64,000 bases of DNA from an archaeon HR01 (GTDB lineage Archaea > Thermoproteota > Nitrososphaeria_A > Caldarchaeales > Caldarchaeaceae), in contig BEHD01000010.1 in the NCBI GenBank assembly GCA_002898355.1, positions 2,637 through 66,636 on the forward strand. Reading direction: 5' to 3'. This document shows positions 18,185 to 26,357 of this stretch, one piece after another (position 1 is the stretch's first letter; the number at the start of each line of letters is the position of its first letter). The notes below the pieces were generated by a model that was not told where the DNA came from, searched no databases, and was given only the letters and a program-made list of their open reading frames with translations. A program made the position numbers and the translations under genes.

Positions 18185-19018
18185 ATGAGTGGGCTGTTTG
18201 AAGGTGTGAAATCCTCAGTCCCGGTGGTGCTTTCGTTGGCTATCACCTGGTTTCTCACCTATATCATTTCGGGTGGGCCACCGCCTCCAGCCCCTGCAAT
18301 CACACCCATCCCCGAGCCTGCTGGAGATTCTGGACAGGCCCTCTATGCCCCAGCCCCATATCTGAACACGTTGATTGTTTTGACAACCCTAGTGGCGGGG
18401 GGAGTCATCATGGTATACCTGCTCCACCATCACCGAGCCCTCAAAGTCTTCGCTGCCTCACTTACTGCCGCAGCATCCTTCTCGGTGACAAGTTATTTTC
18501 TTCTCTTAGCCAGCCCATTGGATGGGCTCTTCGTCTTCACCATCTCGGGTCTCGCCGCATTAGCTGTTCTCTACTCCATCTTCAAGCGGGGAGGGGTGCC
18601 ATCAGTGTTAGCCTCTGCTTATGTGGGTGCATCGGCAGGCTCCGTTATGGGCATCTCCATACCTTACTGGACAGCCATCATAGTGTTGATAGGGGTCTCA
18701 GCATACGATATTGTAGCCGTCTCTATAGGTCCTCTCAAAGTATTAGGGAGTGATAAAGTCGGGAGGATACCTGGGTTAATGGTGGACTTTGGAGGCATCA
18801 GCCTAGGGATGGGTGACCTCTTCTTCTACTCTGTTGCGCAATCCTTCTCCATCTATCATTGGGGGCCCCAGGCTGGCCTGATGTCAACAACAGGTCTCGT
18901 AATAGGCTTCCTTACAACAGTATACCTCGCTGGAAAAAGACGCATTATCGCCGGACTCCCACTGCCCCTCACCCTCTCGCTTGCACTAGGCTATCTAGCA
19001 GGCTCTCTCCTTCAGTAG
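18185..19018 (+). CDS. Presenilin/A22 family intramembrane aspartyl protease
   Basis: About 9 TM helices; AYDIVAV (YD), LGMGDLFFYS (GxGD), AGLP (archaeal PAL variant); ATG 18185 about 27 nt after TTTAAATA. Confidence 0.88.
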   Translation: MSGLFEGVKSSVPVVLSLAITWFLTYIISGGPPPPAPAITPIPEPAGDSGQALYAPAPYLNTLIVLTTLVAGGVIMVYLLHHHRALKVFAASLTAAASFSVTSYFLLLASPLDGLFVFTISGLAALAVLYSIFKRGGVPSVLASAYVGASAGSVMGISIPYWTAIIVLIGVSAYDIVAVSIGPLKVLGSDKVGRIPGLMVDFGGISLGMGDLFFYSVAQSFSIYHWGPQAGLMSTTGLVIGFLTTVYLAGKRRIIAGLPLPLTLSLALGYLAGSLLQ

Positions 19019-19968
19019 AGATGGCAGGCTACATACCTACCCCGACCGACATATCTCAGCGTAGGTTCCTCACCTCTGCATCTATCAAAAGCATACGGAC
19101 ATCTGGGATGGAAACTGCAGCCAGGAGGTTTTCTCGCAGGGTTGGGAGGCTCACCCTTCAGCATCGGGCGCTCGATAAACCTGTTTCGCGGGTCGGGTTC
19201 AGGCACAGACTCCACCAAAGCCTTCGTATAAGGATGGAGAGGCTCCCACAACACATCCGGGACAGGGCCTAACTCGACTATCTTACCAAGATACATAACC
19301 GCCAGACGGTCTGAGAAATACCTAGAGGTAGCTATGTCGTGGGTAATATAGAGGAAGGATATACCTTCAGATTTCTGAAGACCCTTCATGAGTTCTAGGA
19401 TCTCGACCCTACTTGATGCGTCTATCATTGAGACAGGTTCATCGGCCACTATATACCGGGGCTTGAGGATTAAGGCTCTAGCTAGGGCAACCCTCTGCCT
19501 CTGCCCACCGGAGAGCTGGTGGGGATATTTCAACGCAATCTCCTCAGGCGGAGTAAGCCTGACCTTCTCCAAGGTCTCCATAACTCTCTCCCTCCTATCA
19601 TTGATTCCATGTATTATGAGAGGCTCTTCAACAATGTGGTAGACATCCATGAAGGGGTTGAGGCTGGAGTATGGGTCTTGAAAGACAATCTGGCCCTCAC
19701 GCCTGAATAGACGGAGATTATCATCATCCAGACCTGTCAGCTCCACCCCTCTAAAGTATATTTTACCGGCTGTAGGTCTGACCAGAAGAAGAGTTGCACG
19801 TCCTAGTGTTGTTTTCCCGCATCCCGACTCCCCCACCAGACCGAGGGTCTCACCCTGGAAAATGCTCAAGCTCACCCCATCCACTGCCTTCACAACCTGT
19901 TTAGAAAACAGGGTCCTGCGGGACATGAAATAGACAGAGAGGTTTTCCACCTTCAGCAGGGGCTCCAT
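19012..19968 (-). CDS. Oligopeptide/dipeptide ABC transporter ATP-binding subunit (OppF-like)
   Basis: [26 protein letters not shown]-terminal Cys cluster (CSFHPRC...C...CH). Confidence 0.93.
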   Translation of the reverse strand: MEPLLKVENLSVYFMSRRTLFSKQVVKAVDGVSLSIFQGETLGLVGESGCGKTTLGRATLLLVRPTAGKIYFRGVELTGLDDDNLRLFRREGQIVFQDPYSSLNPFMDVYHIVEEPLIIHGINDRRERVMETLEKVRLTPPEEIALKYPHQLSGGQRQRVALARALILKPRYIVADEPVSMIDASSRVEILELMKGLQKSEGISFLYITHDIATSRYFSDRLAVMYLGKIVELGPVPDVLWEPLHPYTKALVESVPEPDPRNRFIERPMLKGEPPNPARKPPGCSFHPRCPYAFDRCRGEEPTLRYVGRGRYVACHLY

Positions 19969-19972
19969 AATG

Positions 19973-20926
19973 TCACCCGTAGAGAAGGCATCTCACCTTT
20001 ACCCTGCCACTAGAAAACATCGGGGGACGAACGGATATGCAGCGGTCAAACATTACTGGGCATCGTGGATGGAATCGACACCCTGAGGGCGGGTTAACAA
20101 GATCAGGTGGAGAGCCGGGGATATATTCTGGGGGTCTATCCCCCCGCAGCCTAGGTGTAGCAGCCAGAAGCTTTCTCGTATATGGATGAAGCGGATTCGT
20201 CAACACATCATCCGCATCACCCAGCTCAACGAGTTCACCTGCATACATTACAGATATCCTGTCACATATATCACTGGCCAGCGTGATGTCATGGGTTATG
20301 AATATCATGGCCAAACCCATATCCCTCTTTAGTCTTTTAAGGAGGTTCATTATCTGTGTCTGAACCGATACATCGAGGGCCGAGGTCGGCTCATCCAGTA
20401 TGACCAGTTTAGGTCTTAGTATGAGCGCCATAGCGAGCATAGCCCTCTGCTTCATCCCCCCGCTAAGCTCATGGGGGTAACGCCATATCGTCTCCTCAGG
20501 AAGCCCCAGCATCGAGAAGAGACGAGCTACCTCCCCCCTAGCCTTATCCCAGGAGATTTTCCTACTCTGCATCAACGGCTCGGCCACCTGAAAACCGATC
20601 CTCAGAACTGGATTGAAGCTGTTTAAAGCACCCTGGAATACCATCGAAATCTTTCTCCATCTAATCTCCTGGTCATATCTCTCTGCAGGTATTGCAAGAA
20701 TGTCTTCACCATCGAAGAGCAGTTCCCCACTACTAAAGCATACATTGTCAGGGAGAGTCCTCATGATGGCTAGGGCTATGCTTGTTTTGCCGCATCCCGA
20801 CTCCCCCACCAGCCCCATGGTCTCCCCCTTTTCCAGCTGGAAAGACACATCCTCCACAGCCCTCAGCACACCCCTCTCAGTCATGTAGTGGATGGTTAGA
20901 TTTCTCACATCCAGTAACACCATCAT
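19973..20926 (-). CDS. Oligopeptide/dipeptide ABC transporter ATP-binding subunit (OppD-like)
   Basis: [33 protein letters not shown]. Confidence 0.93.
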   Translation of the reverse strand: MMVLLDVRNLTIHYMTERGVLRAVEDVSFQLEKGETMGLVGESGCGKTSIALAIMRTLPDNVCFSSGELLFDGEDILAIPAERYDQEIRWRKISMVFQGALNSFNPVLRIGFQVAEPLMQSRKISWDKARGEVARLFSMLGLPEETIWRYPHELSGGMKQRAMLAMALILRPKLVILDEPTSALDVSVQTQIMNLLKRLKRDMGLAMIFITHDITLASDICDRISVMYAGELVELGDADDVLTNPLHPYTRKLLAATPRLRGDRPPEYIPGSPPDLVNPPSGCRFHPRCPVMFDRCISVRPPMFSSGRVKVRCLLYG

Positions 20927-22344
20927 CTCATCCTCCTAAGCCTAGGACTCACCACCGGCTCAAGACCGAGGGATAGAAGGATGAAGGTAAGACCCGTTAC
21001 CACTATCAGGACGCCTGGAGGTATGATCCACCACCATAACCCTATGTTCACGCCACCACTTCTGAAGGAGTAGTCCAGCATCTGACCCCAGCTGGGTAGG
21101 GAGGGATCTCCAAGGCCGAGAAAGCTTAGAGATGCTTCAGCAAGTATCGCCGACGGCGTTGAGAGAATCATCTGGGCCAGGATGAACGGTGCTATTCGTG
21201 GAAAGACATGTCTAGACATTATACGCCATCTTGGGGCGCCTAGAGAGACAGCGGCCTCCACATACTGTTCAGACTTCACCTGCAACACTATAGACCTCAC
21301 CACGATGGTCAGCCCAGACCAGCCGAAGACAACGAGGATCATTACAATAAGCCATATGCTGGGTTTGAAGATGAAGGTGAAGAAGATGAGGAGGGGGAGC
21401 AGAGGTATGTTGTTAAGGATATCGGAGACCCTCTGTATGATCTCGTCAACCCTGCCACCGATGTAGCCGCTCATTATCCCAAGACTTGACCCAATAGAGG
21501 TTGTTAGGACCGATGTCACGAGGCCTATGAGGAGCGCCACTGGAAACCCGAACAGTAATCCGGCCGCCAGATCCCGACCGATCCTATCAGTTCCGGATAA
21601 GCCGTAAACCTTCCCACCCACAACAAACTTAGCCCATGAAAGGTTATCATCATGAGTATCACCTATAAACACCACATTCACTATATACCTCCCCTTTAGA
21701 ACTCTCTCCCCCAGTCCTTCACCAGATAGCTCGAGAAAGATTATTCTCTCCGGCCCCAGCCTGGCCACATCATTATATGAGAGGTCTACATTATTCATCC
21801 TCAGAAAAAGTTGGAGCGACCTGGCCACCTGTTCTTCTCCGCTGAGAAATATCCTTTGGGATGGGTCAAACCTCCTATAGGGGGGTGTTTCCTCCGGGAG
21901 GACAGTACCAGCCGTGGCGAAGTATAGCGGGACTGTGAGCCCGTCTGGCCTCTCAACTGTTATTTCCAGATAGGGCGGCCGGCCATAAAAGATTGCCGGT
22001 CCCAAAGTGATGGATAGGAAGCTGGGTGTATCCGAGTATTCGTATTGGAAGTCCAGCCGGTAAACCTTGTAGTACTGGCCGTCTGAATATGTGTATGCCG
22101 GACTATCTGTGAGAATAACCATGTGTTCGGGGAGTTTATCTGCAGTGAATAGGTTCACCCATGAGGGGGGTGCCTCCTTAGGGTAGTCGGCCCAGTAGCC
22201 GGGGTTGTTCCAGATTCGCAGCCCGAAATCCTGTGGATACGTGATTAGGACATATAGCGAGACTATAGTCATGGAGGCTAGGAGCAAGACTCCCGCCTTT
22301 GACGTCGGCGAGCTCCAGAAAACCCTCCACTCACGTGCCGGCAT
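20923..22344 (-). CDS. Oligopeptide ABC transporter permease (OppC-like) with large extracytoplasmic loop
   Basis: GTDRIGRD, EAA motif YVEAAVSLGA, LSFLGLG, SWG. Confidence 0.9.
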   Translation of the reverse strand: MPAREWRVFWSSPTSKAGVLLLASMTIVSLYVLITYPQDFGLRIWNNPGYWADYPKEAPPSWVNLFTADKLPEHMVILTDSPAYTYSDGQYYKVYRLDFQYEYSDTPSFLSITLGPAIFYGRPPYLEITVERPDGLTVPLYFATAGTVLPEETPPYRRFDPSQRIFLSGEEQVARSLQLFLRMNNVDLSYNDVARLGPERIIFLELSGEGLGERVLKGRYIVNVVFIGDTHDDNLSWAKFVVGGKVYGLSGTDRIGRDLAAGLLFGFPVALLIGLVTSVLTTSIGSSLGIMSGYIGGRVDEIIQRVSDILNNIPLLPLLIFFTFIFKPSIWLIVMILVVFGWSGLTIVVRSIVLQVKSEQYVEAAVSLGAPRWRIMSRHVFPRIAPFILAQMILSTPSAILAEASLSFLGLGDPSLPSWGQMLDYSFRSGGVNIGLWWWIIPPGVLIVVTGLTFILLSLGLEPVVSPRLRRMR

Positions 22345-23390
22345 TATATCCTAACCCTCGGGTCAAGAACCACATAGAGAATCTCGAGGATGAACCGTGA
22401 GGCAATATAGATGAGGGTGTAGAGATATGTTAGGGCTATCACTAGGTTTTCATCGAACGATGTTATGGCCTCGTAGTAAAGCCTACCCATGCCTGGGAAG
22501 TTGAAGACTGTCTCAGTTAGAATAGCTCCGCCTATCGAGCCGGAAATAGCGAAAACTATGTTGGTAACTATCGGCGGTGCCGCAGGCCTTATGATGTACC
22601 GTCTCATGAGGAGATTCTCCTTGAGACCCTTGGCCCTAGCGACAGCCACAAAATCTTCCCTAGTCACGTTTAACACTATTGTCCTAGAAATATAGGCCCA
22701 ACCGCCTAATATCACCGTTACCAGAGTCAGGACTGGTAGCGTAGCATGCCATAAAATGTCGGCGGCTCTTTCCAGGGGTGTTGTCGGTGGTGGAGTACTG
22801 TAGAGACCCCCGAATGGGAAGATTCCGAGATAGAAGCTGAAGGCGAGGATGTAGATCAGCCCCATCCACCATGAGGGGAGTGCGAATGAGACAGAAGAGA
22901 ATAACGATACGGCTCGGTCATATCTAGAGCCAGCCTTGAGGGCGGCTCTGGCGCCGAGGGCTATCCCGACAGCACTACTGATAGCCACGGCCGTTGTGAC
23001 AAGGGCAACGGTGTTTGGAAGCCTCTCCAGAATTATATCGGACACCTTGGAGCTGCCTGAAAAGGATGTTACTGTTCTGGAGCTGCCCAGGTCTAGGATT
23101 AAAACCCTTAGAATCATCTGTGGGAGTCTGGTATACCATGGCCGGTCTAGCCCATAGGCTGTTATTAGCTCGGACCGATATGTTTCTAGCGCCCTCTCCA
23201 GCTCCACCGGGTCTCTTATTCTCTGGGAAAGCTCCTGTCTCACAGCCCTCAACTGCTCGCCCACATAGGCTGTCAAAATCCTATCCGATACACCTGTGGC
23301 TCCTAGAACCAAGACCACCAACATCAAGACCCCGAAAAGCACCAAAATAAGAGTCACGGCCTTCAGAGCCAGAACCCTCACCAGACTCAT
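22344..23390 (-). CDS. Oligopeptide ABC transporter permease (OppB-like)
   Basis: DLGSS, ERLPNT, ARAKGL, ETVFNFPGMG, LDPRVRI; ATG 23390 is the likely start (track start 23501 overlaps citG). Confidence 0.9.
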   Translation of the reverse strand: MSLVRVLALKAVTLILVLFGVLMLVVLVLGATGVSDRILTAYVGEQLRAVRQELSQRIRDPVELERALETYRSELITAYGLDRPWYTRLPQMILRVLILDLGSSRTVTSFSGSSKVSDIILERLPNTVALVTTAVAISSAVGIALGARAALKAGSRYDRAVSLFSSVSFALPSWWMGLIYILAFSFYLGIFPFGGLYSTPPPTTPLERAADILWHATLPVLTLVTVILGGWAYISRTIVLNVTREDFVAVARAKGLKENLLMRRYIIRPAAPPIVTNIVFAISGSIGGAILTETVFNFPGMGRLYYEAITSFDENLVIALTYLYTLIYIASRFILEILYVVLDPRVRI

Positions 23391-23465
23391 CCTATGAAAA
23401 AAGTATAGACAATAATATAACTTCACGCCGAGATTAGATAAATATCGCCATCTGTCATCAGTTTT

Positions 23466-24338
23466 GTGAATTCTTCTGAGTTTGTGGCTGCCTGCTGTCA
23501 ATCAGGCCTGTTACTGGAGCTTGCCACCACACCCAAGCCGGGGCTGGTGGACAGGATGTCAAGAGTCTCCGAGTTCGACAAGTTCCTTATCTCCGCCGTG
23601 GTCCTTTATAGACACTTTAGGAGGGCGGCTGAGGGGTTGCCTGTTGGGAAATGTATCGAGGATGCGTGTAGGGATATGCTTTTACGGCAGAGTGGTGGGA
23701 ATACCCATCTAGGCGCTGTCCTATTGTTGATGCCTGTGGCGGCGGCCGCCCGTACATACGGTGATGCAGAACAGCTGCGGGGAGGGCTGAAGGCATTACT
23801 GAAGGAGCTGGATTACCGTGACACCATTTCTATTTTCAGAGCTGTGAGGATGGTACGCCCAGGCGGCTTGGGCAGAGTTGGCTTCCTCGATGTGATGGAT
23901 GAGCGTACCTTCGAAAAGATAGTCAGGAATAGGATAGGCCCCCTTAAGGCGTTAACTCCGTACAGGGAGTGGGATGTGGTGGCCCATGAGTATCTGACCG
24001 GCTACGAGGCATGTTACAGATTTGGATTCAGATATCTCAAGGCTGAGATAGATTCGGGTAAGGGTTTTAACGAGGCAGGGGTCAACACCTTTCTCAATAT
24101 TATGGCGAACATTTGGGATACCCATGTGATAAGGAGGCATGGTAGGCCCTCAGCGAGGATGCTCTCCCGGATGGCCCGCCGTGTGCTTGATGCTGGTGGA
24201 GCCTCCACTGAGGAGGGTGTGGAGGCTCTGGGAGAGTTTAGGATGAAGGTGGAGAGGGCCGGATACAGGCCCGCCGCCTCGGCCGACATACTGGCTGTTT
24301 CATTCACATTGTTGATGTTGGATGGGTGGAGTCCCTAA
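23466..24338 (+). CDS. CitG-family (triphosphoribosyl-dephospho-CoA synthase-like) protein, archaeal type
   Basis: LLELATTPKPGLVDR, NTHLG, DTHVIRRHG, PAASADIL. Confidence 0.85.
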   Translation: MNSSEFVAACCQSGLLLELATTPKPGLVDRMSRVSEFDKFLISAVVLYRHFRRAAEGLPVGKCIEDACRDMLLRQSGGNTHLGAVLLLMPVAAAARTYGDAEQLRGGLKALLKELDYRDTISIFRAVRMVRPGGLGRVGFLDVMDERTFEKIVRNRIGPLKALTPYREWDVVAHEYLTGYEACYRFGFRYLKAEIDSGKGFNEAGVNTFLNIMANIWDTHVIRRHGRPSARMLSRMARRVLDAGGASTEEGVEALGEFRMKVERAGYRPAASADILAVSFTLLMLDGWSP

Positions 24339-25183
24339 CCATACCCTCTGTAAATTTTCCTCAGCCTTTCCATGTTGGTTCTATAGTTTCCTCGTCTATC
24401 CTCCGGTGTTTCAAGAACCATAGGCTTATCCCTCACATATTTGTGGTTGATGAAGGCTTCAAACCCTTTCAGTCCTATATTACCCAATCCAATGTGTTCA
24501 TGGCGGTCTAGGCCGCTGGCCAGCGCCCCCTTGGAGTCGTTGAGATGCACAGCTTTTAAATGCTTAACACCCACGATGTTATCAAACTCTTCAATAGTCT
24601 TCTCAACAGCCTCCTCCCCAGAGATATCGTATCCCGCACCGTGTAGGTGGCATGTATCGAGGCAGACGCCCACCCTATCACTGTCTCCAAGACCCTCTAA
24701 AATCTTTGACAGGTCTTCAAATCGGCTGCCACACGAGTTTCTCTGCCCTGCCATGTTTTCGAGAAGTATCTTCACATCGTTACCCACCTTAGACAGGCCC
24801 GTCTGGCATGCCTCCACCACCTTGGCTATTCCAGCCTCTTTTCCAGCCCCCAGATGACTACCCACATGGACCACAAGCATGCCTATGCCCAGCTGGCCGC
24901 ATCTCTCCAGCTCAGCCACAAGAGATTGGACAGATTTGGCGTGTATAAGCTTCTTAGGTGATGCTATGTTGGGAAGATATGGCATGTGCGCCATAACCAC
25001 TTTAAACCCTTGCCTATCCAGCTTCTCTCTGAAAGCCACCACATCCTTTTCTTTTAACTTGGTGTACCGCCAGCCTCTAGGATTTCTAGTGAATATTTGG
25101 AAGGTTGTGCATCCAAGGTCCACGGCCCTATCCACCGCAAGGTCTATCGAACCCGCAATTGAGACATGGGCGCCCAGCAGCAA
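24335..25183 (-). CDS. nfo: Endonuclease IV (AP endonuclease)
   Basis: GAHVS, QIFTRNP, HMPY, HVGS, LENMAG, CLDTCH, HLNDS, DRHEHIG, LETP. Confidence 0.95.
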   Translation of the reverse strand: MLLGAHVSIAGSIDLAVDRAVDLGCTTFQIFTRNPRGWRYTKLKEKDVVAFREKLDRQGFKVVMAHMPYLPNIASPKKLIHAKSVQSLVAELERCGQLGIGMLVVHVGSHLGAGKEAGIAKVVEACQTGLSKVGNDVKILLENMAGQRNSCGSRFEDLSKILEGLGDSDRVGVCLDTCHLHGAGYDISGEEAVEKTIEEFDNIVGVKHLKAVHLNDSKGALASGLDRHEHIGLGNIGLKGFEAFINHKYVRDKPMVLETPEDRRGNYRTNMERLRKIYRGYG

Positions 25184-25242
25184 TCCGTCGGAAGAGTAGA
25201 TATGACATGCTTAAATATCTATAGGGGCTATCTGGCCGATAG

Positions 25243-25593
25243 ATGGAAACAATTCATAAGTGCCCTCTATGCGGCGAGGCTGTAACCTGGGTTGAGCGGC
25301 AGACAGGCCTCTACGCCTGCCTCTACACATGTATCAAAATAACCCCACTACCAAAACATCTTGCCACAAGACACCGGGAATACCTTGAAGAGGCGAAGAA
25401 GATTGCGCCGCCGATATTCTACTCCGCCCTATTCTTCGCCGCCCTTTCCATATTATACCTAGTCTTGTGGCCTTCAAATCTCATAGTCCCTGGAGCCTCC
25501 CTAGCTGGTGTAGGGTTCTTTCTAATACTTGGATGGATTATGCGGGTTCGGCTGATTCGCCGTCACCGTCTCCCCGGCCTGAATTCTTCCTAG
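25243..25593 (+). CDS. Small membrane protein with N-terminal C2H2-like zinc motif
   Basis: CPLC...HLATRH then two TM helices and basic tail; TTAAATAT about 25 nt upstream of ATG. Confidence 0.65.
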   Translation: METIHKCPLCGEAVTWVERQTGLYACLYTCIKITPLPKHLATRHREYLEEAKKIAPPIFYSALFFAALSILYLVLWPSNLIVPGASLAGVGFFLILGWIMRVRLIRRHRLPGLNSS

Positions 25594-26125
25594 AATTCCT
25601 AGCTATATCTCTAGCAATCAAAGAAATGTTAACCACGATTAGAACAACCACCAGGAGGGGGCCTAGGGGGCTGAGATACTCGCCCCTGAGAAATAACGAT
25701 AGATATCCGAGACCTGTCCAATAGGGTATCTTGATGCCGGTCCATCTCCCCAATATGTGGTCGGGAGGCACAGGAGACCAGTAGTCGGGGGCACTGTTTG
25801 CATCACCCTTGGTTATGAATCCTCCAGCCACCTTACCCACCGCCCTGTGAACAATTATTGCGTTGCCCGCTCCCTTCTCACCAGGCCTGTAGAATACTAT
25901 GACGTCACCGTTCGTCGGGCTGGCCCGTATATCGTCCACGGCAACAGGCGTCACGAGTATTATGTCTCCGACCTCAATCACAGGTCTCATACTCCCGCTT
26001 TTGACCACCAGAAGAGGATAGGTGAGGCCGAGGGAAGTGTGGAGGATGGATAAGACCAGCATTACGGCGATGAGGGAGAAAACAACACCGTAAGCTATTT
26101 TTTTCGCCTTCAAGCCCCCAGCCAC
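25538..26125 (-). CDS. Signal peptidase I (Sec11/ER type)
   Basis: VKSGSMRP, GDII, IVHR, TKGDAN. Confidence 0.93.
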   Translation of the reverse strand: MAGGLKAKKIAYGVVFSLIAVMLVLSILHTSLGLTYPLLVVKSGSMRPVIEVGDIILVTPVAVDDIRASPTNGDVIVFYRPGEKGAGNAIIVHRAVGKVAGGFITKGDANSAPDYWSPVPPDHILGRWTGIKIPYWTGLGYLSLFLRGEYLSPLGPLLVVVLIVVNISLIARDIARNSRKNSGRGDGDGESAEPA

Positions 26126-26168
26126 TCTAGACTTTCCAAAACCTCCTGCTAAAATAAGTATCGCAGTG

Positions 26169-26212
26169 CTGGGCTGAGGAGCTCTCTCCCACCCATCTCG
26201 GCCGCAGCCCAG
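26169..26212. other. Stem-loop in intergenic region (8-bp GC-rich stem)
   Basis: CTGGGCTG (26169-26176) pairs with CAGCCCAG (26205-26212). Confidence 0.3.
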
Positions 26213-26357
26213 TTCCTGAATATAACATCTTAATCAGTAGATTTGAAGCTAGCCCAGCTATATACTTATTCAAGTCCCCGCATCAGAATAGATATGTCCA
26301 AATCTCCAGACGCTACACACGTAAATGGGCATCCGGATGCTGTAAAGGGTAACAGTT

